DNA of 64,000 nt from Pseudomonadota bacterium (GTDB lineage: Bacteria > Pseudomonadota > Alphaproteobacteria > Rhizobiales > Aestuariivirgaceae), in contig JAIUNJ010000009.1 of assembly GCA_020161855.1 (NCBI GenBank), forward strand, positions 47,644-111,643, read 5' to 3'. Shown piece after piece: positions 20,583 to 30,578 of this stretch; position 1 is the stretch's first letter, and the number at the start of each line of letters is the position of its first letter. The position numbers were made by a program, and so were the translations under genes. The notes below the pieces were generated by a model that worked only from the letters and a program-made list of their open reading frames with translations, did not search any database and was not told the origin of the DNA.

Positions 20583-21881
20583 ATGACCGCGAGCACGAAA
20601 ACCGCAAAGCTTGAGCTGAATGGAAAGACCGTAGATCTGCCCGTAAAGGCGGGCACAATCGGCCCCGATGTGATTGATATCGGCGCGCTCTACAAGGAGA
20701 CCAAGTCCTTCACCTTCGATCCGGGCTTCACGTCGACGGCGGCCTGCGAGTCACAGATCACCTACATCGACGGCGACGAAGGCATTCTGCTGCACCGCGG
20801 CTATCCCATCGAACAGCTGGCCGAGCATGGCGACTTCCTCGAAACCTGCTACCTGCTGCTCTACGGTGAGCTGCCGAATGCCGCCCAGCGCCGCAAGTTC
20901 GATCACAACATCACCTACCACACGATGGTGCATGAGCAGATGGCCCTGCTCTTCCGCGGCTTCCGCCGCGATGCCCACCCCATGGCGGTGATGGTTGCCG
21001 TGGTTGGCGCCATGTCGGCCTTCTATCATGACTCGACCGACATCAACGACCCGCGCCAGCGCGAAGTGGCTTCGCATCGCATGATCGCAAAGCTGCCGAC
21101 GATTGCCGCCATGGCCTACAAGTATCACATCGGCCAGCCCTTCGTTTACCCGCAGAACAACCTGTCCTACGCCGCAAACTTCCTGCGCATGTGTTTCGCC
21201 GTGCCGTGCGAGGACTATGTGGTGAACCCGATCCTGGCGCGCGCCATGGACCGCATCTTTATCCTTCACGCCGACCACGAACAGAATGCCTCGACCTCGA
21301 CCGTGCGCCTGGCAGGTTCATCTGGCGCCAATCCCTTTGCCTGCATTTCGGCTGGTATCGCCTGTCTCTGGGGTCCGGCGCACGGCGGTGCCAACGAAGC
21401 GGCTTTGAAAATGCTCACCGAGATCGGCCGGCCCGAGAACATTCCGTCCTTCATCGAGAAGGTAAAGGACAAGAACTCCAATGTCCGCCTCATGGGCTTC
21501 GGCCACCGCGTCTACAAAAATTACGATCCGCGCGCCAAGATCATGCAGCAGACGGCACATGAGGTCTTGCACGAGCTCGGCGTCGACAACGATCCGCTGC
21601 TCCAGGTGGCGCATGACCTTGAAAAGGTCGCCCTCTCGGACGACTATTTCATCTCGCGCAAGCTCTATCCGAATGTCGATTTCTATTCAGGTATCATCCT
21701 GCGCGCCATGGGCTTCCCGACGTCGATGTTCACCGTGCTGTTCGCATTGGCGCGCACCGTCGGCTGGATCAGCCAGTGGAAGGAAATGATCGAGGAGCCG
21801 AACCAGCGCATTGGCCGTCCACGCCAGCTCTACACCGGCCCGGCGCGCCGCGACTATGTGGCCATGACCAAGCGCACCTGA
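20583..21881 (+). CDS. gltA: Citrate synthase (type II)
   Basis: [54 protein letters not shown]. Confidence 0.97.
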   Translation: MTASTKTAKLELNGKTVDLPVKAGTIGPDVIDIGALYKETKSFTFDPGFTSTAACESQITYIDGDEGILLHRGYPIEQLAEHGDFLETCYLLLYGELPNAAQRRKFDHNITYHTMVHEQMALLFRGFRRDAHPMAVMVAVVGAMSAFYHDSTDINDPRQREVASHRMIAKLPTIAAMAYKYHIGQPFVYPQNNLSYAANFLRMCFAVPCEDYVVNPILARAMDRIFILHADHEQNASTSTVRLAGSSGANPFACISAGIACLWGPAHGGANEAALKMLTEIGRPENIPSFIEKVKDKNSNVRLMGFGHRVYKNYDPRAKIMQQTAHEVLHELGVDNDPLLQVAHDLEKVALSDDYFISRKLYPNVDFYSGIILRAMGFPTSMFTVLFALARTVGWISQWKEMIEEPNQRIGRPRQLYTGPARRDYVAMTKRT

Positions 21882-21889
21882 TGGGATTG

Positions 21890-21913
21890 GGGCGCCGTCT
21901 CAGGCGCCCTTTT
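21890..21913 (+). terminator. gltA terminator overlapping the last codons of the convergent fabZ
   Basis: GGGCGCC-GTCTCA-GGCGCCC-TTTT. Confidence 0.6.
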
Positions 21914-22373
21914 CGTCCATCAGCATCGCGCCGATCTCGGCTTCCGCGACCTTCTTTCCATCGACATGGGCCTCGGCCCAGTATTTCCAGACGGGCGGTC
22001 GCTTCTGCGACAGCTTCACGTGGAAATGCACCGTATCGCCAGGCACCACCGGACGGCGGAAGCGCGCCTTGTCGATCGACATGAAGAAGACCAGCTTGCC
22101 AGCGTGAGCATCACCCAAATGCTCGAGAACGATGGCTCCTGCCGCCTGGGCCATGGCCTCGACCAGCAGAACCCCCGGCATCACCGGACGGCCAGGGAAG
22201 TGCCCCTGGAAGAAGGGCTCGTTCATGGTCACGTTCTTGATCGCGGTGCCACTCTCCTCGCCGTTCAGGTCAACCAGCTTGTCGATCAGCAGGAAGGGAT
22301 AGCGGTGCGGCAGCAGCTTCAGAATCCGGGTGATATCAACCGACTTCCCGGTCTTTGGGGTTGTTTCGTTCAT
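21900..22373 (-). CDS. fabZ: 3-hydroxyacyl-ACP dehydratase
   Basis: LPHRYPFLLID, FFQGHFP, MPGVLLVEAMAQ. Confidence 0.96.
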   Translation of the reverse strand: MNETTPKTGKSVDITRILKLLPHRYPFLLIDKLVDLNGEESGTAIKNVTMNEPFFQGHFPGRPVMPGVLLVEAMAQAAGAIVLEHLGDAHAGKLVFFMSIDKARFRRPVVPGDTVHFHVKLSQKRPPVWKYWAEAHVDGKKVAEAEIGAMLMDEKGA

Positions 22374-22435
22374 GGCTGTCTCCGGAAAAGCAAAGGGCGG
22401 GTTTCCCCGCCCTCTTAGCCCATTCTTGATGCTGA

Positions 22436-24811
22436 TTAGAAGCGGGTCCCGAGCGAGAAGGCAAAGCGCTCGGCCACGTCGGTATCTTTCTTGAGCAGCG
22501 GATAAGCCACATCGAAGCGCAGCGGCCCGAAGGGTGAATTCCAGACGAGGCCGGCACCGATCGACAGGCGGAATGCCGCCTTGTCATAGACGTCGCAATC
22601 ATACTGCTTTGTCGGATGGCTAGCCTGGTTGGCAACCGAACAGTTGCCAGAGCCATATGCGACGGAATCCGTGTCAGCACCAAACACCGTACCGAAATCG
22701 GTAAACACCGCACCACCCAGGCCAAGTGTTTCGGGAACGAACGGCAGCGGGAAGAACGCCTCGACAGTACCGATCGCATAGCTCTGCGCACCAATGGCGT
22801 CGAGCTTGCCATCATTGCCGCGCTGGAACGGACCGACGCCCAGCGGAGCAAAGCCGCGGAACGAGTTACCACCCTTGAAGAAGCGGTCCTCGATGGCAAT
22901 GTCCTTGCCGAGCGGCTGCATGTATCCGGCGTTGCCTTCGAACTTCAGGATGACCTGATCCTCAAAGAGCGGCACGAAGAACCAGCCACTGCCTTCGATG
23001 GAGGCATAGCGCGCGTCACCGCCAAGGCCCGCAACCTCCGCATCAATCACACCCTTGAAGCCGGTCGTCGGCACCTGCGGATGATCGAGGGCGTCATATG
23101 AAATCTTCATGCCAAAGGAGGATTTGATCGTCTCGCCCGACTGCTCGATGATCGCCGGCGAAGCATATTTCGGATTAACAGCGTCCACGTCGCGGTAGGC
23201 GAGCGTGTATTTCATGATGACCGAGGTATCCTCGTTCAGCTTGAAGCCGGCGCGCAAGGCGCCACCGATCTGCCGGCTCTTGTAGGAATTGGACGATACG
23301 GTGTCAGCCTTGTTGGCGAAAATGTCGAAGCCTGCTGCAATCGGCATGTCCAGGAAATAGGGGTCAGTGAAGCTGGCATCGATCGCCTGCTTCTTGAAGC
23401 TCGCGGAAACCGCCAGCTTGGCCTGATAGCCGCGGCCGAAGAGATTGCGTTCCGCCAGCGTCACGGAACCGATCACCGTCTCGACCGAGGAATAGCCGGC
23501 ACTGAACGACAGGCTGCCCGTCGATTTTTCGACGACCTTCACAACCAGCACGACCTTATCAGGCGCCGAGCCCGGCTCGTCGGCAAAGTCGATCGACTGG
23601 AAGAAGTCGAGTGCCACAAGGCGGCGGCGGGCGCGTTCGACCAGCGCCTTATTGTAGGCATCGCCTTCGTAGAGCAGCAACTCACGACGGATGACGTAGT
23701 CAAGCGTGCGGTCATTGCCCTCGATGTCGATGCGCTCGATATAGGTCCGCGGCCCTTCGGTGATGTTGTACTGGATGTTGAGCACACCGCTGCCCGCCGT
23801 CTTGTCCAACTGCGGGTCGACCTTGGCAAAGACATAGCCCTGCTTCGCTGCTTCCAGCGTCAGCTGTTCGACCGTCTTGTCGACCTTCTCCGCATTGTAG
23901 CGGCGGCCTGTCGGCGTCTTGACGGCGCGTTGCAGCGGAACCGGGTCGAGGTTCGCATCGCCAATGTTGACGGCAACATCGCCTACTTCGTAGCGCTGGC
24001 CTTCGTGAATCCGGAAGGTCACGACAAAGCCGTTGCCATCTTCGGTGGATTGCACGTCAGCACCGAGGATTTCCACGTCGGCATAGCCGTATTTGAGATA
24101 GAAGCGGCGCAGAAGCTCCTTGTCGGCCTCGATGCGTGCCTCGTCGTAATTCGTGTTGCGGGCGAAGAAGCGGTACCAGGAATACTGCTTGGTCGTGATC
24201 GCATCCCGCAGGCGCCAGTCGCTGAACGACTCGTTGCCTTCAAAGCTCACCTGCCGCACGCGCGTCTTCACGCCCTCGTTGATCTCGAACACGAGGTTGA
24301 TGCGGTTCTCCGGCAGGCGGATCAGCTTCGGCACCACAGTGACGTTGTAGTAGCCCTGCCGCTGGTACAGTTCGATGATGCGGCGGTTGTCCGAGGCGAC
24401 GCGCGCCTTGGTGAAGATCATTCGCTCGCGGACCTGCACTTCCTTGGCCAGCGTCTGATCGTCGATGACGTCGTTGCCTTCGAAGTTCACCACATTGATG
24501 AGCGGGTTCTCGACAACGGTGATGACCAGTGTCGAACCGCGCAGGTTCATGCGCACGTCGCGGAACAGGCCGGTCTGGAAAAGATCCTTGATAGCATCGT
24601 CGATCGTCTGGTCGTCGACGTTGTCGCCCGGGCTGATGGGCATATACGAGAAGATGGTTTCGTTCTCGACGCGCACATTGCCTTCAATGGCAATGTTGTT
24701 GACCGTCTGGGCAAAGGCCGGACGCGAAAAAACAGCAGGCTGCAGAACGGGCGCAACCGCAAAGGCAAACAACGCAAGAACGCAGATGACTGAGAAACGA
24801 ATACGCATCAA
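22436..24811 (-). CDS. bamA: Outer membrane protein assembly factor BamA
   Basis: POTRA repeats, FRGFAPLGVGP loop-6 motif, WNSPFGPLRFD, C-terminal Phe. Confidence 0.96.
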   Translation of the reverse strand: MMRIRFSVICVLALFAFAVAPVLQPAVFSRPAFAQTVNNIAIEGNVRVENETIFSYMPISPGDNVDDQTIDDAIKDLFQTGLFRDVRMNLRGSTLVITVVENPLINVVNFEGNDVIDDQTLAKEVQVRERMIFTKARVASDNRRIIELYQRQGYYNVTVVPKLIRLPENRINLVFEINEGVKTRVRQVSFEGNESFSDWRLRDAITTKQYSWYRFFARNTNYDEARIEADKELLRRFYLKYGYADVEILGADVQSTEDGNGFVVTFRIHEGQRYEVGDVAVNIGDANLDPVPLQRAVKTPTGRRYNAEKVDKTVEQLTLEAAKQGYVFAKVDPQLDKTAGSGVLNIQYNITEGPRTYIERIDIEGNDRTLDYVIRRELLLYEGDAYNKALVERARRRLVALDFFQSIDFADEPGSAPDKVVLVVKVVEKSTGSLSFSAGYSSVETVIGSVTLAERNLFGRGYQAKLAVSASFKKQAIDASFTDPYFLDMPIAAGFDIFANKADTVSSNSYKSRQIGGALRAGFKLNEDTSVIMKYTLAYRDVDAVNPKYASPAIIEQSGETIKSSFGMKISYDALDHPQVPTTGFKGVIDAEVAGLGGDARYASIEGSGWFFVPLFEDQVILKFEGNAGYMQPLGKDIAIEDRFFKGGNSFRGFAPLGVGPFQRGNDGKLDAIGAQSYAIGTVEAFFPLPFVPETLGLGGAVFTDFGTVFGADTDSVAYGSGNCSVANQASHPTKQYDCDVYDKAAFRLSIGAGLVWNSPFGPLRFDVAYPLLKKDTDVAERFAFSLGTRF

Positions 24812-24999
24812 AAAACCAATCTCAAAAGTCTGCGCCGACCCATCCGCGTGAACGCCATGTCCCTGCCCGACTCAGCTTGATCCCGCACTTTGCCCTCAAC
24901 TGTGTCAGTTTAGAGATGCTTGATCCCGCAAATCACGTCCCGCGCAGCCTTTTAACCCGTTTCCCTTTCAAAGCAAATGAAATGAAAGATAAGGGAAAT

Positions 25000-26136
25000 T
25001 CAGCTTCCCATCACCGTATTGATGACCCTGATGACGTCGTTCCAGACACCCACCAGCATCAGCATCACAACGAATGAAAAACCAATCCGGAAACCCCATT
25101 CCTGTGCCACCGGGCCGAGCGGTTTTCCGCGCACGGCTTCGAGTGCATAGAAGACGAGATGCCCACCATCGAGCATAGGAACAGGAAATAGGTTAATAAG
25201 TCCGATACTGACACTGAGCAGTGCCAGGAAACTGATGAAAGCCAGGGGGCCGTTTGAGGCCGTGTCGCCCGCCCCGCGGACGATGGTGATCGGGCCGCTG
25301 ATCTGGCTGGTGCTCTCCGTGCCCCTGAACAGCTTGCCGATGTACTTGCCGGTCGTGGCAACGATGTACCAGGTGCGGTCGATGCCCTTCATGAAGGCCT
25401 GCGGCAGGGTGTAGCTCTGGAACCGCGCGCCATCGGCCTGCGGAATGTGCCTCACGCCGAGCAGGCCGACGCGCATGGTGCCGCCATAGCCGTCAGGCAT
25501 TTCCTGCAGTTTCGGCGTCAGCGGCAGGGTCATCAGGCTGCCGCCGCGTTCCACGGTCACCAGCAGCTCCTCGCCGCCACGCATCCACACGGCTTCCTGA
25601 ACATCGGGGAAGCTCTTGGTTTCGGCCCCGTCGACCTTGCGGATGAAGTCGCCCGGCTTGAGGCCGGCAACCTCGGCGGCCGAACCCGGCAGCACCTCGT
25701 CCACACGGGGCTCCGAATAGGGTGCGCCGATCAGCCAGAAGGCCGCCGTGAAAATGAAAATTGCCAGCAGGAAATTCGCAATTGGCCCCGCCGCCACGAC
25801 AGCGGCCCGCTGCCACACGGGCTTGCCATGGAAATTGCCGCTCTCGAGCTTGGTGCCTTCCGGCACAGCCTGCGGCGCACTTGCGGCATTGGCGTCGCCG
25901 GCAAACTTCACATAGCCACCGAGCGGCAGCCAGCAGAATTTCCAGCGCGTGCCATGGCGATCGGTCCAGCCGAAGATCTCCTTGCCGAAGCCGATCGAGA
26001 AGACATCGACCTTCACGCCGCACCAGCGCGCCACCTTGAAGTGCCCGTATTCGTGAACGAACACGATCACGGTGATGGCCACCAGGAAGGGCAGCGCATA
26101 ACTCAGCGGGTAATGCAGAAGATCAGAAAATTGCAT
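25000..26136 (-). CDS. rseP: RIP metalloprotease RseP/MmpA
   Basis: VFVHEYGH, PDZ domain, NLFPVPMLDGGH. Confidence 0.95.
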   Translation of the reverse strand: MQFSDLLHYPLSYALPFLVAITVIVFVHEYGHFKVARWCGVKVDVFSIGFGKEIFGWTDRHGTRWKFCWLPLGGYVKFAGDANAASAPQAVPEGTKLESGNFHGKPVWQRAAVVAAGPIANFLLAIFIFTAAFWLIGAPYSEPRVDEVLPGSAAEVAGLKPGDFIRKVDGAETKSFPDVQEAVWMRGGEELLVTVERGGSLMTLPLTPKLQEMPDGYGGTMRVGLLGVRHIPQADGARFQSYTLPQAFMKGIDRTWYIVATTGKYIGKLFRGTESTSQISGPITIVRGAGDTASNGPLAFISFLALLSVSIGLINLFPVPMLDGGHLVFYALEAVRGKPLGPVAQEWGFRIGFSFVVMLMLVGVWNDVIRVINTVMGS

Positions 26137-26166
26137 GGCGTGCCCCGCAGTCCCAGGTTGTTTTCG

Positions 26167-26182
26167 TTAAGGCTTTCTTAAC
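26167..26182 (-). promoter_or_regulatory. CtrA-type binding site upstream of rseP-bamA-fabZ
   Basis: Minus strand reads GTTAA-GAAAGCC-TTAAC, a full TTAA-N7-TTAAC match, next to TTGACG-N17-GGTTAA. Confidence 0.65.
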
Positions 26183-26222
26183 CACAAAGCGGGGCTTTTG
26201 CGTCAATATTTCGGCAAGATGG

Positions 26223-27065
26223 TTACCAGAGGAAAAGTCCTGCCGCGGGTTCCAGCGGATTGCGGAAATATCCAACGATTCCAGCAACAACCACAACCGC
26301 GATGAGGCCATCGACACGGTCCATGATGCCGCCGTGCCCGGGGATCAGGTGGCCTGAATCCTTCACGCCGTAGTGGCGCTTGAAGGCGCTCTCCAGCATG
26401 TCGCCCGCCTGCTCCACCACGGCCAGGATACCGGCCAGCACAACCAGCGGCCAGATCGAGGGAACGAGATAGGAAGCGAAGATGCCGCTCGCCAGCGCGC
26501 TGCCAGTTATTGCCCCTGCGAGTCCCGCCCAGGTCTTCTTGGGGGAGATGCGTGGCGCGAGCTTTGGCCCGCCGATCAGCCGGCCGGCGAAATAGGCGAG
26601 AATGTCGGCGGCCCAGACAATGGCCACGAGCCAGATGATGGCGTGAAGCCCCCAATGCTCATTGCCGCGCAACACCACGAGGGCAAGCACAGGAAACGCC
26701 ACATAGGGAACGCCCACGTAATTCCACCACGACTTGGCGCGCGGGCCAAAAGCCACGCCCGCATAGGCAACGGCAGCGATCATGAGGATCGCGCCAAGCG
26801 CCACATGGGCGCCCGCCTCCCGCGGGATGAACGCGGCACAAAGCGCTGCAAGCGCATGCAGGGCAAACTGGCTGGTGCTGCGGCCATGGGCGATGACCGT
26901 CCACTCATGCGCCATCAGGATGCCGAGGAAAGCCGCGAAGATCTCAAACCAGATGCCGCCATACCAGATGTCGATGAGCACGGCAGGCGCGAGAAGCACC
27001 GCCGAAAGTGTTCTCACGCCGACATCGGCCCATTTGGGGTTGGACGGGGATTGCGGATCAGCCAT
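26223..27065 (-). CDS. cdsA: Phosphatidate cytidylyltransferase
   Basis: DILAYFAG, ISPKKTWAG, GDMLESAFKR, KDSGHLIPGHGGIMDRVD. Confidence 0.95.
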   Translation of the reverse strand: MADPQSPSNPKWADVGVRTLSAVLLAPAVLIDIWYGGIWFEIFAAFLGILMAHEWTVIAHGRSTSQFALHALAALCAAFIPREAGAHVALGAILMIAAVAYAGVAFGPRAKSWWNYVGVPYVAFPVLALVVLRGNEHWGLHAIIWLVAIVWAADILAYFAGRLIGGPKLAPRISPKKTWAGLAGAITGSALASGIFASYLVPSIWPLVVLAGILAVVEQAGDMLESAFKRHYGVKDSGHLIPGHGGIMDRVDGLIAVVVVAGIVGYFRNPLEPAAGLFLW

Positions 27066-27799
27066 CAGGCCGTCTGGGCCTTGAGCCCGCCGAAGCGGCG
27101 TTCACGCGCCGCATAGGTTTGGACTGCGCGGGCCAGGATCTCGGCGTTGAAGTCGGGCCAGAACTCGGGAACGAAAACGAACTCGGCATAGGCGCACTGC
27201 CACAAGAGGAAATTGGAGATACGTTCCTCGCCACCCGTCCGGATGAGAAGATCAGGCTCCGGCATGCCCGAAGTGTCGAGCAGCCGGTCCAGGATCGTGG
27301 CCGTCACCTCGGATGACTTGAGATTGCCCTGCTCCACCTGCTCCGCAATCCGGCGCGCAGCCCGTGCGATTTCCTGGCGGCTCCCATAGTTGAAGGCGAC
27401 GACCAGCGTGAAGGCCGTGTTGCCTTGCGTCAGCCGCTCGGCCTCATCGAGCATCGACAGGATCGACGGATCGAGATTCTCGCGATCACCGATCACCCTG
27501 ATGCGCACGCCGGACGCATGAAGCTCCGCCACATCCTGCCGGATGAAGCGCTTGAGCAGGTCGAGCAGAAAGGCAACTTCAGTCCGAGGCCGCGACCAGT
27601 TCTCGGTGCTGAAGGAATAGATCGTCAGGTATTCGATGCCCATGTCGGCCGCCGCCCGCACCGCCCGCCGCAAGGCATCGATGCCGGCCTTGTGCCCGGC
27701 CGACCGGGGAAGCCCGCGCGACGTGGCCCAGCGCCCGTTACCATCCATGATGATGGCGACATGACGCGGCGGCTTGCTGACCGGTAGGGGCTGCGACAC
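27065..27799 (-). CDS. uppS: Undecaprenyl diphosphate synthase
   Basis: HVAIIMDGNGRWA, YSFSTENWSRP, IRTGGEERISNFLLWQ. Confidence 0.96.
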   Translation of the reverse strand: MSQPLPVSKPPRHVAIIMDGNGRWATSRGLPRSAGHKAGIDALRRAVRAAADMGIEYLTIYSFSTENWSRPRTEVAFLLDLLKRFIRQDVAELHASGVRIRVIGDRENLDPSILSMLDEAERLTQGNTAFTLVVAFNYGSRQEIARAARRIAEQVEQGNLKSSEVTATILDRLLDTSGMPEPDLLIRTGGEERISNFLLWQCAYAEFVFVPEFWPDFNAEILARAVQTYAARERRFGGLKAQTA

Positions 27800-27806
27800 G
27801 GCTGGA

Positions 27807-28373
27807 TCAGACCTGCATGATCTCGGCTTCTTTGGCCTTCAGCGTGGTGTCGATTTCCTTCACCGTGTCATCGGTGAATTTCTGCACTTCCTCGGACTTC
27901 TTCTTGTGCTCGTCCTCGCTGATGGCATGGGCCTTTTCCAGCGCCTTGAGCTGTTCCATGCCGTCACGGCGCACATTGCGCACGGCGACACGGGCCTTCT
28001 CGGCATATTGATGGGCCACCTTCACCAGTTCCTTGCGGCGGTCCTGCGTCAGGTCCGGCATGCGCAGGCGGATGACCTGGCCCTCTGTCTGCGGCGTCAG
28101 CCCGAGATTGGAGGCGTGGATTGCCTTTTCGACGGCGATCACCAGCCCGCGATCCCACACGCTGATCTGCAGCATCCGAGGTTCCGGCACGCTCACCGTA
28201 CCCACCTGTGACAGCGGCATGCTGGCGCCATAGGCATCGACATGGATGGGATCGAGCAGGCTCGATGATGCACGGCCGGTGCGCAGGCCGCCGAAATCAT
28301 GCTTGAGGGCATCAACGGCGCCGCTCATGCGGCGCTTGATGTCCTGGGAGTTATAAGGGGCTGGAGCAGCCAT
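27807..28373 (-). CDS. frr: Ribosome recycling factor
   Basis: [23 protein letters not shown]. Confidence 0.96.
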   Translation of the reverse strand: MAAPAPYNSQDIKRRMSGAVDALKHDFGGLRTGRASSSLLDPIHVDAYGASMPLSQVGTVSVPEPRMLQISVWDRGLVIAVEKAIHASNLGLTPQTEGQVIRLRMPDLTQDRRKELVKVAHQYAEKARVAVRNVRRDGMEQLKALEKAHAISEDEHKKKSEEVQKFTDDTVKEIDTTLKAKEAEIMQV

Positions 28374-28376
28374 GGT

Positions 28377-29093
28377 TCAGTCCTTTGAAATTGTCGTGAA
28401 GCGGCCTTCGCCGTTGAGCACGCGCGCAACGTTACCGGCCTCCCGGATTGAAAATACAACGACCGGAACGCCATTGTCACGCGCCAGCGCAATGGCGGCG
28501 GCATCCATGATCTTGAGGTTGCGGGCCAGCACATCATCGAAGGTGATGTGCGCGAAGTGCTTGGCGGAAGAGTCTTTCTTGGGATCGGCGGAATAGACAC
28601 CGTCGACGCTGGTTCCCTTGAGCAGCGCGTTGCACTTGAGTTCGGCCGCGCGAAGCGCAGCGCCTGTGTCGGTCGTGAAAAACGGAAGCCCGGTGCCCCC
28701 GGCGCAGATCACCACCCGCCCCTTTTGCATGTGGTGAATACCCTTCGCAGCCGAATAGGTTTCGCAAACCGTCGGCATCGCAATGGCTGACAGCACGCGC
28801 GCATCCACTCCCTTGGAGCTGAGCACGCCCTGCATGGCCAACGCATTCATGACGGTCGCCATGATCCCCATGTGGTCCGCCGAAACGCGATCCATGCCCT
28901 TGGCGGCACCCGCCATGCCGCGAAAGATATTGCCGCCGCCGATGACCAGGGCGAGCTCTGCGCCGGCGGCCTTGGCGGCAATGACTTCGTCGGCGACGCG
29001 CCCCACTGTGCCGAGGTCGATGCCGAAGGCCTGCTCGCCCATCAGCACTTCCCCTGAAATCTTCAGCAAGATCCGCTTGTGTTTCAGCGCCAT
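28377..29093 (-). CDS. pyrH: UMP kinase
   Basis: [32 protein letters not shown]. Confidence 0.96.
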   Translation of the reverse strand: MALKHKRILLKISGEVLMGEQAFGIDLGTVGRVADEVIAAKAAGAELALVIGGGNIFRGMAGAAKGMDRVSADHMGIMATVMNALAMQGVLSSKGVDARVLSAIAMPTVCETYSAAKGIHHMQKGRVVICAGGTGLPFFTTDTGAALRAAELKCNALLKGTSVDGVYSADPKKDSSAKHFAHITFDDVLARNLKIMDAAAIALARDNGVPVVVFSIREAGNVARVLNGEGRFTTISKD

Positions 29094-29239
29094 TCCGAAC
29101 CCCTGCGTGGCTTTCCTGGAAATTTCCCTAGCACTTTCAAAATGATTCGCGCCGGATGCCGAAGCTTCGCCCGGAAGCTCTTTACGTGGCGTTAGAGCCT
29201 CCGTGTGCAGTCTTCCTGCATTGCAGGGAGCTTAGGCCC

Positions 29240-29773
29240 ATGGGCGTTTTCTTCGGATTTGCAGGCCGCATCGGCCGCGGCACGTGGTGGCTGGGCCAGT
29301 TGCTGATCCTCGGCATCATCGCCGTCCTCATTCTCGCGATGATCATCACATCGGATTATAGGCCCGGTGCCGCACCTGACCTTTCCCCGGCTTTTGTCAT
29401 CCTGCTCCTGATTTCGGTGGTGCTCGTCTACGTCATCAGCCTCTGCACGACGGTGAAACGCTATCATGATCGCGGCAAGAGCGGCTGGTGGTATTTCATT
29501 GCGTTCGTTCCGTTGATCGGAGGGATCTGGCAGTTGATCGAGCTTGGCTTCTGTGCCGGTGACGACGCTGACAACGACTATGGTCCGCCGCCGGGCGCGG
29601 CCCGTCGCAAAGCGGCGCTTGAGCGCGAAATTCAGGAGATGAGCAACGGCCGCATGGCCAATAGCGTTGATGCCGGCTTGATCGCCGAGGAGGCCCGCCG
29701 TGCTGTGCATATAGCCGCGGCTCCCCGGCAAAGCGGAGCCCAGCAAGGGCCGGTCTTCGGCAAGAGAACCTAG
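29240..29773 (+). CDS. DUF805 (YhaH-like) membrane protein
   Basis: FFGFAGRIGR..WW, VKRYHDRGKSGWW, G....NDYGPPP; start placed at ATG 29240. Confidence 0.85.
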   Translation: MGVFFGFAGRIGRGTWWLGQLLILGIIAVLILAMIITSDYRPGAAPDLSPAFVILLLISVVLVYVISLCTTVKRYHDRGKSGWWYFIAFVPLIGGIWQLIELGFCAGDDADNDYGPPPGAARRKAALEREIQEMSNGRMANSVDAGLIAEEARRAVHIAAAPRQSGAQQGPVFGKRT

Positions 29774-29834
29774 TCTAATATAGCGCTATTTCAATTCCTT
29801 AAGATCAAATCCTGATCAAGACCATGAAACCGGC

Positions 29835-30578
29835 TCAAGACTTCTCGTTGAGCAGGAAAACAACGTAGCCTTTGAAGAGGCTGTTGCCCTCCAGAGCCGC
29901 TGGAGGCTGCCAATCTCCGCCCTGCAGCAGGCCGATCCGGAAGGGAACGCGCATGCGGCCAAGCTTCGCCAGATAGGCCTGATAGCCCGCTATCACCCGC
30001 CTGCCCTGATAGATTTGCAGCACCACTTCGTCGACCACGCCCGCCAGTGCATCCAGCCCCGTCGGATCGCCATTGGCGCTCCAGTCCAGGAGGCCGGTCA
30101 CGCTCAGCCGGTACCGGTCCGGCAGTCTTGAGCGGATGCCCGAGAGAAACGCGGCATAGTGGTGGAGGTTCCGTGTACCCGCATCGAAATCGATCTGCAG
30201 CCCGGCGATGTCACTTCCGGCTCGCCGCCAGGCTTCGATCCGCGCCATCACATGATCGGTCACGGTGTCGTCCCAGGCGATCGTCTGGGCCCGGTAAACG
30301 ATCCAGACCTTCTGACCCTTCACGCGTGGCGTGGCACTGCGCTGCGCAACAATATGCGGAGCCCTGTCGCCACGAACTTCTCCGGCGAGGATGTAGAGCT
30401 CTTCTGCCGTGTTCATGGCAGGCTGTGGCTTTACCCCCGCCCAGAGCCAGAAGGCCTTATAGCCACCGGCCTCGACCGGCGCAGCGACCGCACAATCACC
30501 CCACGCGATCAGGGCAAACAGCAGTCCGGCAAGCCTACCAGTAGATATCAACCTGCTTGGCCCAGCTCGTGTCGCCAT
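29835..30578 (-). CDS. DUF3142 protein (GH18-like TIM barrel), probably exported
   Basis: FWLWAGVKPQP, AGLQIDFDAGT, LSVTGLLDW, VDEVVLQIYQGR, FKGYVVFL; N-terminal hydrophobic segment; start uncertain. Confidence 0.75.
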   Translation of the reverse strand: MATRAGPSRLISTGRLAGLLFALIAWGDCAVAAPVEAGGYKAFWLWAGVKPQPAMNTAEELYILAGEVRGDRAPHIVAQRSATPRVKGQKVWIVYRAQTIAWDDTVTDHVMARIEAWRRAGSDIAGLQIDFDAGTRNLHHYAAFLSGIRSRLPDRYRLSVTGLLDWSANGDPTGLDALAGVVDEVVLQIYQGRRVIAGYQAYLAKLGRMRVPFRIGLLQGGDWQPPAALEGNSLFKGYVVFLLNEKS

